DNA of 59,475 nucleotides, taken from Octopus bimaculoides (Eukaryota). The stretch covers positions 58,790,982-58,850,456 of the forward strand of contig NC_068984.1 in assembly GCF_001194135.2 (NCBI RefSeq). The letters run 5' to 3'. Of the stretch, positions 34,058 to 47,391 are shown one piece after another (the stretch's first letter is position 1; every line of letters starts with the position of its first letter). The notes beneath the pieces are model-generated. The model was not told where the DNA came from and did not search any database. It saw only the letters and a program-made list of their open reading frames with translations. The position numbers and the translations under genes were made by a program.

Positions 34058-35198
34058 CACTGTATGATTTTCTAATGCTGTATTATCTATCTTCCACCAG
34101 ATAAAAGGTTGAGCTGAATGAGAAGAGAGGGAGGGGACTAAAAGAATATGGAAAATTACTGAGAGATTTAGTAAGTTTCACTCCTTCCATGATAGATTCC
34201 TCTATAAATAAATATCTGGGAGATGGCAAGGTTTATTTCCTATTAAATATCACCACTCTGATTAATGCGCTATTATTATTCAGAACATGAACTGATAACC
34301 TTTTTTTCTGGTCATTATATTAGTGATTAATGGATTTTTATTGATTTCCCCCCAACATTTTTTTTTTTTCCTATTCTAATTTTACTTATCGCAGAATAAC
34401 ATCAGACAAACAAAAGATGCAAAGGATGAGTATTTGAATTGAACCCATTTTCTCTGTCTCCTCAACAAAGTTGCAGTTTATGAGGTTAAGATCAATTAGA
34501 TCATTTCTTCCTTTGTATCAATAAATAAAAATGATGTAAGTTTTTTTTTTTTCATAAAATCACATTTTACATAGAACAAACTTTTTTTTTATTGTATTCA
34601 AATCAATTTCTTTCAATGAGTCATTAGATATAAAGCTTAGAATAGTGAATTGCCATATAAAATGCCTTTCACAGTTTTTAAAGAAGAGCCCCTGAAATGT
34701 TAAATAAATTCAGTTGTCATACAGTGTAGACAGTATATTTCAAGCTCTTATTTGGAAACAGTCAGATGATGGAGTCACTTGACAGCTAGATCCTCACCAG
34801 TTTCCCAAGATTCGAAATTTTACCCTATTTATTATATTCAACCATGTTACTGTTTGTTCTGCATTCAAATTCCATCAGTGTTAACTTTGCCTCTCATCTC
34901 CCTGACTTTGTTATTATTTTATAGTTACTTTTACATGCTGGCATAGATTTGGCAAAATATATTGAGATAATATTCTATGGCCATAAACCATTACTATCAG
35001 AAACCATTATCTGTCTTTCAAATATTTTGATTCCACTGATCCTCACATATCAAAACCATTGAGCTACATGGTGTATCGCATTTAGGGCATGTAAACATGA
35101 CATAACTGTGACTCAAATGGTATCAAGCAAAGACACATGGAAAAGAAACCGTCCCAACCACACACATACAAACACACATATATACATACACACATGCA

Positions 35199-35254
<56 letters not shown>

Positions 35255-36048
35255 AATAAATATGTGTATGTTTTGATAGAATGGGTTGGTATCAAAAATT
35301 GAATAAAATGGATCCTTGGTTGAATGTCCCTAAACCAAGTGGAGCACAGAATATGTGTTCAGTATGTGATCTGCATTTTAGTTGTGGCTGTGGAACTGAG
35401 CACCATGGATTCAGTCAGTGTGCAATATCTTTGGGATTATTTAGTAACCTTAGTCAAAGTCTGATTTTGCCAACATATATATATATAAATTCAATTAGAG
35501 GATATGTTAACCTCATGAAGGGGTGGTTGCATCCAAAGAAATACTGGTTCAATACCTAGTATTGTTGGGGAATGAAATTCCCTTAAAACAATAGGTATAT
35601 ATTAAGCATATAATTTGTGTCCAGTTAAAAGAAGAAAAGAAAATGGAGATACGGAAGTTAACAATTATTTATTAATGAATTGGTCATCTTCACTTCTTAC
35701 AGCCGTTTCAATTAACACTCAATAATTTAATTATAAATTTGTACATTAAATATGCATTCATGTGACATGAGCATAATTTCATCAGAGAAAAAAAGATGGA
35801 CCTATCAATTCATTTCAGCAGACTGAATATATATATTGTTATACTTTGGGATGGTCATATTTTGCCAAGCAAACACACACACTATATACTTGGTCTTCAC
35901 TTCAGCTTTGTTATTATTACTTTATTTTTTTTAGTGTCTTTGTCCAAGCTCTTTCATCACACATCCAGTGATCTCATCAGCGATACTTTATCCCACATAT
36001 CTCCTCTTATTCTGCTTAGTCCATTATATATATATGTGTGTGTGTATA

Positions 36049-36285
36049 TCATCATCATCATCATCATCATCGTTTAACGTCCGCTTTCCATGCTAGCATG
36101 GGTTGGACGATTTGACTGAGGACTGGTGAAACCGGATGGCAACACCAGGCTCCAATCTAATTTGGCAGAGTTTCTACAGCTGGATGCCCTTCCTAACGCC
36201 AACCACTCAGAGAGTGTAGTGGGTGCTTTTACGTGTCACCCGCACGAAAACGGCCACGCTCGAAATGGTGTCTTTTATGTGCCAC

Positions 36286-36287
<2 letters not shown>
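36049..36287 (-). mobile_element. SINE family B, young subfamily, 5' truncated, flanked by (TA)n
   Basis: Near-identity to the 31969 and 59298 copies. Confidence 0.9.
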
Positions 36288-36370
<83 letters not shown>

Positions 36371-36619
36371 TACACACACACACACATACATATATAATCA
36401 ACTGAATAATTAGGTACAATCATTGATCTTTCTCCATGTTGAATAATTATTGTTTGGTGAGCAGTCCAGATGTAACTGTCCTGTCTTCATCTATGACATA
36501 ATACATTGAGAACTTAATAAGCCAATATATTCATTCAGATATAATTAGGTGGGAATTTGAAAGAGACATGGTTGCGGTTACATGAGACCAAATAACAGAG
36601 AAATTATTAGTCCCACTTC

Positions 36620-37530
36620 TATATCATTACACTGTTCATTAGACATGCATATTATTACAGTCCATCCATCATCTTGTTACACTGTACACCACATACAGTT
36701 CAGAACATCTATTATACACTCTGCCAGATACATTATCACAGTACATTCTCCATAATGCACCAGACATGTTATTATCTATTATATTGTTATATAAACACAT
36801 TATTATATGATTACACTGTACACAAGATAACCAAAGGATTGTAGTCCTTCTATTGTATTGTTACATTATACAATAGGCAGCAACATTATTATAGTCCTTC
36901 TATTATATTGTTACACTGTACACCAGCCAAGTTATTAGTTCTGCTTTTATATTGTTACACTGTATATTAAATAGCCACATTATAACAATCCTTCTACTAT
37001 AGTGTTACATTGTACACTGAACAGCTACATTATTACAGTCCTGCTATTATATTGTTAAATGGTATACCAGGTAGTTGTATTATTATAGTCCTATTATACT
37101 GTTACACTGAAAGGTTGACAGAATTGTTAGCATGTGGGACAAAATGCTTAGCAGCTTTTTTGTTCCTCTTTATTTTCTGTGCTCAAATTTCACTAAGGTT
37201 GCCTTTGCATTCCATCCATTTTTGCGGCTCTCCCCTCTTTATAAATAAGGAAACAAAATAGAGTTTGCATCCATATAACTTTTATTTTCTGCACACCCCG
37301 GTTTTCTCAGAATTATAGTTATTAAAAAAAATCTTAATTTTATTAAATATGAAAATTTGTTGCACTTTTTACAATATCTCACAGGCTCTTACCCTTATCT
37401 TACCTTCCCCCACCATAAGAAACATCAAACTAGACACAATATTACAGTACATCATTTTACACTGGACACCAGACAAACACATTGTTGTAATATATTTGTT
37501 GTATTGTTACACTACTGTATGCCAGACACA
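36620..37530. repeat. Diverged minisatellite, unit about 50 bp, interrupted at about 37110-37420
   Basis: Recurrent tagtccttctattatattgttacactgtacaccag..cattatta. Confidence 0.8.
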
Positions 37531-37741
37531 TCAATTTATTTTATTGATCTAAATTCAAATTTTTGTTTTATTGAATTTAGATTTCATTTAAAAAATGTAT
37601 TGTTTGTTAGTGGTAGATGTTAGTTAATTTTTTTTTTTTTTTTTAAGATCAAACCTTAGAATGTTTTGTGTTAGAGGAGATTTGATAGCCAATAAGGCCA
37701 ATTGGAGAGAAGATTATTTTACAGACTCTACCAATATACAT

Positions 37742-38590
37742 TCATCATCATCATCATTTAACATCTGTTGTCCATGCTGGCATGGGTTGGATGCTTTGAC
37801 CAGAGCTGGTAAGCTGAGGAGCTGCACCAGACTCCAGTCTGATTTGACATGGTTTTCTACAGCTGGATACCATTCCTAATGCCAACTACTTTACAGAGTG
37901 TGCTGAGTGCTTTTATGTGGCACCACACACGCACTTTTACATGGTACCACACGGGCGGTTTTATGCGGCACTACATGGATACTTTTACATGGCACTGTAC
38001 AGGTGCTTTTACGTAGTGTTGCACAAGTGCTTTTATGTGGCACCACCACGAGTGCTTTACACTGGTCTTAACACTTCTGCTATGAAGTACAGCTCTTCTT
38101 GAGTACAGCAAGGGGCCAGGCATCTTGGTCCTTTGTCATCTTGCTTGAAAAGTTCAGTGTCCTGAGGTCATTCTTCAGTACTTCATCCCAAGTCTTCCTG
38201 GGTCTTCCACTTCCACATATTCCATCTACTTTGAGAGATCAGCACTTCTTTATGGAGCTGTCAGCATCCATCTACATCACATGACCAAAGCAGTGCAATC
38301 TTCTCTCTTGCACATACAAACTAATTCCTCTTATGCCTAACTTCTCTCTGAAAACACTAGCACTCTGTCAAGCATGTACATTACACATTCAGCGGAGCAT
38401 ACTAGCCTCATTCCTTTCTAACCTTTGCATATCATCTGTGTTCAGGGCCTATGTCTCACTACCATGTAGAATTGCTGTCTGTATACATGCATCATACAAT
38501 CTTCCTTTCACTTGGTGAGAGAAATCTTTCATGGCCAACAGAGGTAACAGTTCTCTGAATTTCTTCCGTCCTATTCTTAATCTAACATGT
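37742..38590 (-). mobile_element. RTE LINE 3' end (38080-38590) continuous with a family-B-type 3' tail (37742-38070)
   Basis: Minus translation FRELLPLLAMKDFS..VKGRLYDACIQTAILHGSET..LNTDDMQRLERNEASMLR*MCNV and GRPRKTWDEVLKNDLRTLNF; ends in aaatgatgatgatg. Confidence 0.9.
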
Positions 38591-38639
38591 TAATGATGTA
38601 TGTATGTATGTATGTATGTATGTATGTATGTATGAAGAA

Positions 38640-38850
38640 TTTAAGTGAGCTGTGTGAAAGTGCACGGCTCATATAGTGAATGGGGAAAGCTTAATCTGCA
38701 ATGTTTGCAGTCGTGTATGCTTGTCAAGAGCAGGGCTCATTAGCCACCAACGGAGCTGCAAATGCAAAATATAAGTTTGTCCTAAAGCGCACAATGTTCC
38801 TGAAGGTCGGCAATGGTTTTCCTCGGTCACGAGTGGACGGTCATCATCAT
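38640..38850 (+). mobile_element. RTE LINE extreme 3' end inserted in a (TATG)n tract
   Basis: LICNVCSRVCLSRAGLISHQRSC; (TATG)n on both flanks. Confidence 0.8.
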
Positions 38851-39575
38851 GTATGTATGTATGTATGTATGTATTTATGTAAGTGGGTGGAGATAGGTCC
38901 TTAGTATTTATATTGATGATTGAGTATATACCTAAATTTTTTTAATATTATATAGCGTAAAAAACATTTGACATAAAAAATATTGATTGGTTGCTATAAG
39001 AGTTGATTAGTTGGCTAAATTGATAGGTTTTCAACCATTTGACTGAGGCTTATTTCTCCATAATCTAATACATCATACTGCACATAAAAGCTAAAGGAGA
39101 GTCTATATAGTAATTTAAAGTATCTTAAATAAACAAAATCTTCTCTCAAATCACATAACACCATCTTTAAAAAAAGTACATATAAGATAATGGAATCTTT
39201 GAAATACCTAAAATATAAGAGCAGGCCTGTGAGAGGAGTGTTCAACCTGTACATCAGATCAGGGCCAAGGAAAGGCCCATAATTATCTACTGATCCTCTA
39301 ACTAGAAACCTGTCTCCAAGTCCCCTTTCAATTTTGGGATGCCACTCATCATCCTGGGCTTGACAGCCTTGTTCCACCCTACCAAATTTCTCTCAACAGC
39401 CCTATATAAAAAATGGTAATGGCTGTAGAGCCTTTTATTATAGGTCTGCTCAAACAGAGTTGATGGTGTTAGCGATAAGAAATCAGTCTAGTGTCTCCTC
39501 ATAACGTATATCTTGCATAAAAGATGAAAACTAAACTGTATTAGTGTAACAACAATACCATGAGTTTTGATGAGA

Positions 39576-39693
39576 TGGTAGTGGTTCAGTGGTATAGTGT
39601 TTGCCAGCCACATAGGCAACCTGGTTGATGCCAGCATCACATTTTTAATTCCTGGCTGATACAAGCATTCTGGTACAATTCCTGGCTGATACA
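39576..39693 (+). pseudogene. tRNA-Gly(GCC)-like pseudogene with an interrupted and duplicated 3' arm
   Basis: gtagtggttcagtggtatagtgtttgccaGCCacataggcaacctggtt and aattcctggctgataca (twice) resemble eukaryotic tRNA-Gly-GCC GGTGGTTCAGTGGTAGAATTCTCGCCTGCCACGCGGGAGGCCCGGGTT CGATTCCCGGCCAATGCA. Confidence 0.6.
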
Positions 39694-39719
39694 GGCATCA
39701 TATTTTTATATTCTTTTTA

Positions 39720-40115
39720 TATAGGCACAGACATGGTTGTGTGGTAAGAAGTTTGCTTCCCAATCGGATGGTTCTGGGTTCAGTCCCACTGTGTGGCACC
39801 TTGGGCAAGTGCCTTCTACTATAGGTGAACCAAAGCCTTGTGAGTGGATTTGGTTGACAGAAACTGAAACAAGCCCATTATATATATATAATATATGTAT
39901 ATAGATGCATACACATCTATGTGTGTGTGTCTTTATGTTTACGTTTCTCTTGATAGTTTGTTTACATCCCTATAAGTAGTTTAGCAAAAAGAAACTAACA
40001 GAATAAGTGCCTGGCTTTAAGAAATAGGCACTAGGGTTGATTCGTTTGATTAAACTTTTCAAGGCAGTACCACAGCAGGGTCGCAGTTGAATGACTGGAA
40101 ACAAATAAAAGACAA
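39720..40115 (+). mobile_element. SINE family A
   Basis: ggttgtgtggtaagaagtttgcttccc...gactggaaacaaataaaag. Confidence 0.85.
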
Positions 40116-40334
40116 AAAATAAATGATGTTACTCAATTCATACAGTCATATTTCAGAAGGAAGTGAAGCAGAGTGAAGAGTTGACTGAAAAAATCAAATA
40201 CAAGACTAAATGCTTTATGCTATGAAATTTCATTTCACATTTGTCAGTTTCAAAATTCTTTCAGGATGTATTCTGCTTTCACACCTCTGAAACCAGTAAA
40301 ATAAATACCAATAATATATTAGTTTCAAATTTTG

Positions 40335-40535
40335 ACACAAAGCCAGCAGTTTCAGGGAGAGGGTAAGTCGATTACATCAACCCCAGTGTTCAATGGTACT
40401 TATTTTATTGACCCTGAAAGGATAAAAGGCAAACTCAACCTCGGCAAAATTCAAACTCTGAATATAAAGATGGATGAAATGCTGCTAAGCATTTTTCCCA
40501 GCATGCTAATGACTCTGCCAACTCATCACCTTAAA
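40335..40535 (-). mobile_element. SINE family C, full length
   Basis: gtcgattacatcaaccccagtgttcaatggtactt...ttgaccctgaaaggataaaaggcaaactcaacctcggc. Confidence 0.85.
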
Positions 40536-40884
40536 TGCCAATAATATATTGCTGTTGATTTCTATATCCATTCCAAACTCCCTTAAGAAATTACTTGAAG
40601 CTCAGTTTAAAGGCAAAGAAGCTATGAAGTGGCTACTTGATCTGTTGCCACCAGGTTTCCTTAAAACCAAATCTTATTGTTTTAAAAACAGATTGGATAC
40701 ATTAGATATATAATCACAGACACTCCTAAAAAGATGAAATGGTCACAACAGCTGGAATGTCTTTGACCAAAGTTCTCTGCTTTATCAGGAATGATCTTAG
40801 ACTAAGCAACAGTGACAACAATAACAGCAGCAACAGCAGCTGCAGCAACTACAGCAATAGCAAATAAAGAAGAATACATTGAAT

Positions 40885-41232
40885 TTCATGGAGATGATGA
40901 CAAGTGACCGAGACTTCTGGCGATTTTCTGTGCTTGAGAAGATGCATTTAATCATAGTCGTGGCCAGTGCTGATGACATGTGAAAGGCACCCATTCTGGT
41001 GACGCATAACTGGTACTCATGCCAGTGATATGCAAAAGGCACCCATGCTTATGACACATAAAAGGCACCCAGCACACTCTATGGAATGGTTGGTATTAGG
41101 AAGGGCATCCAACTGTAGAAATCAATCCAAAACAGACTGGAGCTTGGGGCAGCTCTCTAACTTACTAGCTCCAGTCAAACCATGTAACTCATGCCAGCAT
41201 GGAAAATGGACGTTAAATGATGATGATGATGA
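40885..41232 (+). mobile_element. SINE family B
   Basis: gaccgagacttctggcg...ggacgttaaatgatgatgatgat. Confidence 0.85.
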
Positions 41233-41799
41233 TTGGACAACATAGTCACTGATACATATGTGTATAGAAAGATGATTGAATGGTCACAGTTGGGACTCAT
41301 TTGATCATTGATCTGTTCACTCAAAAGTTTAACTTGAGATAAGTAACAATTCCTAAAATCTAGTAAATAATTTGTTGTGGCAGGAGTTGTTTAATACTTC
41401 AGATGTTGATACAGTTGTTGTTTAACTAGAGATCAGCCCTGATGGAACAGACCTATGATCAAAGCATTCCAGCCATGACCATCCCAACTTTTTCCTATGT
41501 GCAGGGAACCCAATTCAACATATCCAATGTGTTCTTTCCCAAGACTGTGCAATGTGATTTGAGGGAGATTTGACTGCTATTTCTATTAAATCAAATGACC
41601 ATATAGAAGCAGTTCTTTCACAGGCTTGAGCAATATTGATGAAGAGAAAGTCAGTATTACTAATAGGTAAATAACAATCTAAAGATTAAGTTTTGTGGTC
41701 TAACCATATGTCCTGTTCATCTATCAGAGTGATGAGGGCCATCTAGCTATCCTAAGGGATGACTAATGACTTGCACAGTGACTTTATTTAACTCTTTGT

Positions 41800-42015
41800 A
41801 TTCAGATTTTTCTTTCTCAAATGTAATAGTTATTTATTCACGTTGATAACATTTAGTCATGCCTTACTTTGTAGATTTGAGATTTCAATAATGTGATTGT
41901 TTATTTTTAGAATGATATTATAGGGTAAGTGTGAGAGTTCGGATCTGGCCAGTTTGAAGATAAAACAGGGAGATTGTTTTGGCTGGCTATGGCTGGTTTA
42001 AATGTTAAAATGTTA
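41800..42015. mobile_element. piggyBac-type MITE, same family as 15554-15781
   Basis: tttagaatgatattatagggtaagtgtgagagttcggatctggccagtttg...aaatgttaaaatgTTAA. Confidence 0.7.
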
Positions 42016-43239
42016 AAGTGAAGAAGAGCTGCGCATTGTTGACCTCACTCTCTTGTCCACGACAATCTTCAGTCCAGGTCAGGACAACTGGGGATAGATA
42101 CATTTGCAGCAGATGACCAAGATGTTGGTCATCTTGCTTCACATTACTCTCTGCAGTTCATAATGTTACAACTTCCTTCCACTCCATTGAACTATGAAGG
42201 TTTCTTCTGCTGAGTATGCCAGATCCAGTCTGCACATATATAGTTAGGCAAGCCCTAATATGCTAAATAATCCATAACTGGGAGCCTAACAAGTACTACT
42301 GTTCTCCATCAGAGTAAATCTGGAGACAATAGTGACTAAGAGGTGGTCCCACATTCCCCTAAAACCCTGGAACTCCTGAACCAAGGCCCCACTACTGGAT
42401 GTGGTTTAAAATCATATCTAGGATAAAACCATATACATTCATGTTCTGAAAGCTGTGATATTTCTTGTTTTGGCTATAGAAAATAAGTTTTTCTTTCAAC
42501 ATTATTTTAAATTTTATTTATCTGCATTTGCTCCTTTTGTGTAATTCTAATATCAGCTTATTCTAAATAATTATCAATTCTTTAAAATAAATATTCTAAT
42601 TGAATGATTAATATTTAAATTCTCCAATACTTCTTTTTATTTCAAAAAATCAAATTTTAATTAGATTTCAGCAAAAAAATAAGCTTGGGTTATTAATACC
42701 TATGAAAAAAAAATCTGTAATTTAATGTATAATGAATATTCTATTTTATGCTTTAATCAAGGAAAAAAATTAGATTTAAATTTTTTACAGGTTTATAAGT
42801 TATTTTATTTTTTTCTATTACATGAAGATGAAATTTTTAAATTGATAAAATAGTTTTTTAAAAATTGTATAAAAATCTAAATTGATTTGTATCAGTCAAA
42901 ATTTTGAAAACCAGCTTCTATCAACAGCATCTTTAGCTTTGGTTTATGAAAACATTTCAGTTTTATCAATTTGAAATACCATACTGAGAAATGATTGGGT
43001 GAGAAAAAATTCCTATTCTTGGTTTATTACAAGTTTTAGAAAAATGGTGATTGCTCAGGGAAAGAGTAAATGCTGAAAGGCTGGGAATCATTGGTTTATG
43101 CCAATAGGCTTATTGGAAAAAAGTTAAACCATTCATAAGATCTTAATAATGAGTATGATAATACTGATTATTATAATAAACTTCATCATTGTTTTAAGTA
43201 GTTTTAAAAATATTGGCACAGATTGAATGAGTCTGTAGC

Positions 43240-43600
43240 AAAACACATCACTGTTTGGTTCAACTGTGACATGTCACCTGTGACTTTGAAACATAACTTT
43301 TTGAGATCTGATCTTAACACTTCCTGTACCTGCGTTTTTCTTCAGCCACAGCTGCTTTCCAGTATCAATACATGCCAACTTTTCATCCACCAGATATCAG
43401 TTTGCATATATGGCCATCACAGCACAGTTGCATTTCCTGTATCCATCAGCTATTGACTTCAGTACCCAACCATTTTCTTATCTTACTTGTTCTCTGCCTT
43501 TCATTTAAGTTAAAATTGTACATCAGCCTCTGCAAATTTTCCACATTCAAAATACATGTATCATTACCATTACAGCATTACATTTATTGCATGTGTTTAC
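43240..43600 (-). mobile_element. RTE LINE 3' fragment, heavily decayed
   Basis: Minus reading ..KTQVQEVLRSDLKKL and ..YGHICK resemble GRPRKTWDEVVRSDL and WYGHVLR. Confidence 0.55.
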
Positions 43601-43977
43601 AATATATTTACTGGTAAGTTTAGCCAGAAATAATAGCAAACTAAAAACTGAAATCAAGGGATTTCATTTTGATCATGCTGAAGAAAGCAAAACTCTAGAG
43701 AGAACACAACAGAATGATAGAATTTTTAGGTCTTAAAATATGGAAGTAATACAATTGCCATTTCATCTTTATCAGTATCTTATTTTCATAATGATGATCA
43801 TATCATCATTTGTCTTACATCAATTGTTTTATATTGTCTTGGGATAAACACCTGCCACAAGGATTGTAGGTACTATGTCAAGTCCTCTGCATGATTAAAA
43901 TATTCAAGGATCTGCTTTGACAACTTTTTCATTTTTACTGGAGAGAGAGTCATTTCAATTTCAAATTTATAACAAAT

Positions 43978-44120
43978 AGGGACAGGCGTAGTTGTATGAT
44001 AAGACGTTTGTTTCCCAACCACATGGTTTCAGGTTCAGTCCCATTGAATGGCACCTTGGGTGAGTGTTTTCTACTATAGCCCCAGGCTAAACAAAGCCTT
44101 TGTGAGTGGATTTAGTAGTA
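43978..44120 (+). mobile_element. SINE family A, 5' part
   Basis: tgtttcccaaccacatggtttcaggttcagtccc...aaagcctttgtgagtggattt. Confidence 0.8.
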
Positions 44121-44189
44121 GTGTGTGTTACAGTCTCTTTGTCTTAACTTTGTATGATAGGTGTAAATGAGTATCACTGTCAGATATAA

Positions 44190-44490
44190 AAGGTTAATGG
44201 TTCCCATCTTAATATGCAGAAGAGGAGTAGATAGAGATTCCATACACTGTACTGAATGTGATTAATAGATACACAGGAGTTGTACTAGGATGAAAGGCAG
44301 GTTGATGGTAAATATAGACTTTGTATGAGGTATGTACATGAGTGTTTAGTAGTCAAATCACTAGCAAAATAAACTCTCTCCAATACTTGGAACTCCCCAT
44401 AGCAGGAGCTGATAGCTTCTATTTCCTGGGTGATCCAGCTATTAGTGAAAGACGGTATTCTGAAAGCATAGCAGCCACAAATAGAACAGT
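44190..44490 (+). mobile_element. RTE LINE fragment
   Basis: GVDRDSIHCTEC..IH and ADSFYFLGDPAIS...SESIAA resemble RTE GVG.NSI.C..C..W.H and VDSF.YLGD.IS..GGCSESI.AR. Confidence 0.65.
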
Positions 44491-45010
44491 AGTTTTATCT
44501 TTCTATTATTTGTTTCAGCCATTTCACTGTGGCCATGCTGGGGTTTTGCCTTGGAGGGTTTAGTCAGACAAATCAACCCCATACTTAGTTTTTAAAGTCT
44601 GGTACTCACTCTATTGGCCTCTTTTTGCCAAACCACCAAGTTACAGGTACATAAACAAAGCAACGCCAGTTGACAACTAAATGGATGAAGGGTGGGAGTG
44701 GGAGGTGGGGCAAACACAAACACAAAGAGACATCAAATACATATATATACATATATATATAACAGGCTTCCACAAAGTTTCCCTCTACTAAATTCACTCA
44801 CAAGGCACTGGTTAGCCCAAGGCTTTACTATTGGGTTGGTACGAAATTAACGACTGTTTTATAATTTAATTTAAAACAGAATTTAGAATACAAAAGTGAT
44901 CATTAATTATGCACCATCCCAAAAGAAGACATTTACCTAAGGTGCCATTCTATGGGACTGAACCTGAAAACATGTGGTTACAAATGAAGCGTCTTTACCT
45001 CACAGCCAAG
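44490..45010 (-). mobile_element. SINE family A with an internal insertion
   Basis: tttgtttcagccatttcactgtggccatgctgg...gggactgaacctgaaaacatgtgg. Confidence 0.75.
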
Positions 45011-45089
45011 CCTAGGGAGTGTGCAAGAAATTATAACCTTTGCTGACAACATAGTTCTCATACAAGCATCATAAAATCAATTCTTTGCT

Positions 45090-45430
45090 TTTCAGGCAAG
45101 ATAGTGTAGATTGTATGACACTTGTGTACAGACTACAATACTGTATGGTGGTAATATGTGGACACTGAATAAATGGGATGTATAAAAGCTGGAAAGACAT
45201 GAAGCAAGTATGCTCAACTGGATGTGTAATGTTGGTATGAATAAATGACAAAGCACATATGAACTGAGAGAAAAATACTGGATTTTAAGTAATTAGGTGT
45301 ACTGTGCAGCAGTGAGGACTACACTGGTACAGGCATGTAGTGCATGTGGATGATGACAGCTGGATAAAGAAGTGCCAAAACATCCATGTGAAAGGAAAAT
45401 GTTGGAAACAGAAAATCAAGGAAAACATAA
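45090..45430 (+). mobile_element. RTE LINE 3' fragment
   Basis: LYDTCVQTTILYGGNMWTLN...LERHEASMLNWMCNV...LHWYRHVVHVDDDSWIKKC. Confidence 0.8.
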
Positions 45431-45440
45431 ATAGAAATGT

Positions 45441-45640
45441 TTAACCCTTTAGCATCCAGATTACTTCGTCAAATCTAAGGTTTATCTATTTACATTGCTT
45501 TGAATTAGCCATGTATTATCTTTTAGCTTTGAAATATCTATGACATGCTTGTTTATTTTCAGAATGGCATTGTAAGAAGGGTGTGAGAGACTGAATCTGA
45601 CCAGTTTGGACATAAAACAGGTTGGATATGACTAAATGGA
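45441..45640. mobile_element. piggyBac-type MITE
   Basis: TTAAcccttttagcatccagatt...; body matches the 15554 copy. Confidence 0.65.
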
Positions 45641-46621
45641 TAAACCTGATTTCAGGATGCTAAACCTCATGAAGAAAATGGCAAAGAAGCATAACAATTA
45701 GTAGGACAGTGTTGAAGAGGACTTGTCCAAAGCAAGAAAAAGTGAATGCACAAATGATGATGATAAAGTATATTTTAGCTTCTTTAATTTGTTTAGATGA
45801 TTTTTTGATATTTTAAACATATTTACTTTTTGTTTTTAGTTTTTATTTCATGTTTTTTGTAAAATTTTTATGGGAATAAACCATATTTTGTTACAGAGTA
45901 CTAGCCTCCTCTCTTTCTTAAGTTCTAAATGATTTGTTCCATAGATTATTATATGAAATGTAAATTATTACTATCTTAATAAGAATATAATATTTTCAAC
46001 TTTTATTTAAATTTAGTATTTTTATAAAATAGAAAATTGCAAGTCAACTTATTTATATTCTTAAAAAAACTTTTGCTTATAAATTTTTCAAGCTCTTTTT
46101 TTCTTACCTACAATTTTCATTGTAAGAAATTATATATTGATATTGAACTGATATCATTGAACATTAAGTTTGTAACATCTCTTATTCTTTACTTTATGAT
46201 TTTATATATGAACAGTGACTTGTTCAAAATTTCAAAAATCAGGGACTTATTTTCATGTTTTTTCAGCTGTTGGAATTACCCATTAGTCACATCTACATTA
46301 AACATCCTTTTCATTAACACAATTATTGAACCAATTCTAATTCAAATTTGACTTTCTTCTATTCCTTTTTCTCATTCATGGACTACTCAATAACCTGACT
46401 ATTTACAATTTTTTTAAATCCCCATTTTTAACTTCTCCCCTCACTCCACTGTTTCTTTTACATTTATACATACTTTCATGTTTTACACACACACACACAT
46501 CATCATCATCATCATCATCAGTAGTAGTTCATATATATTCAAAACAGAAGCACACTCTAACGCATTAGAGCAGTAACTCATGCCCCTTAGAACCCCACCC
46601 CACCCCTTGGGTCCGCCCCTG

Positions 46622-46790
46622 GGATGGGACGCAGGTCCGCCGTAGGATTACTTATTTTCCCAACTGAGAGGACTGGAGTGACGCGGAATAATTGTTTTGT
46701 TCGAGAACGCAAGGAATCACTCAGTCCAGAAATTGAAACCACAATCTTATGATCATGAGTGCAACACCTTCACTACTAAGCCACATGCCT
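46622..46790 (-). mobile_element. SINE family D, CpG-retaining
   Basis: gtccagaaattgaaaccacaatcttatgatcatgagtgcaacaccttcactactaagccacatgcc is the reverse complement of the 23054 head. Confidence 0.8.
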
Positions 46791-47391
46791 ACACGCACAC
46801 ATATACATAATTTGTTATCTCATTATGGTTTGAAAAGCCAGATTTAGCGAAACTTTGCGGTCACAGTCACCGTTCGAAATAAATTTTTAATTCTATGAAT
46901 TGTTTTAACATTTGTGATTTTTACATAATTAAAAACTCAGAATATAGAGAATACAGAGTAGGAAGTGAAAGAGCGAGAGTGTAATCGGGATTAAAATATA
47001 TAGAAATATGAATAGATGTCGTGTAAAAGACAATGTACAAGAAATAAAATGATTTTAAAATTGTTCCCAAGTACATGAAAGATTGAAAAAGAGACATAGG
47101 GATTGTGTCATACATAGAAAATGACAAGGAAATGTCAGGAAAAAAGCATGATTAAATAGAGATATTAATATTTTTTAAAGGATAACTATTATATAGATGT
47201 GGCAAAAATAATTGAAGACAGAAAGATAAAAAGGTATGTTAATTAATGGAGTGAGGAGGAAGATATAAAATCAGGCATTTATGCTGATAGATTAAGATAT
47301 ATGAAAGATGGATAGGTGGAGATGAGACAACGTTCCGATGATGTGACTGAGAAGAATACGAAGGACTATGACAGAATGGTGAATACGAATG

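Noticed and set aside
34395-34535. Very strong plus-strand acceptor followed by AATAAA and a gtaagt donor
   Set aside because: Stops in all frames; poly-T tracts give chance acceptors in this composition
36620-37110. Regularly spaced repeats suggestive of a CRISPR array
   Set aside because: Eukaryotic context, units are contiguous and diverged, no unique spacers or cas genes
39015-39377. 120-aa minus-strand ORF with an internal acceptor (tcttatattttag at about 39208)
   Set aside because: No recognisable domain, AT-driven composition and only weak donors; could be an exon but is unsupported
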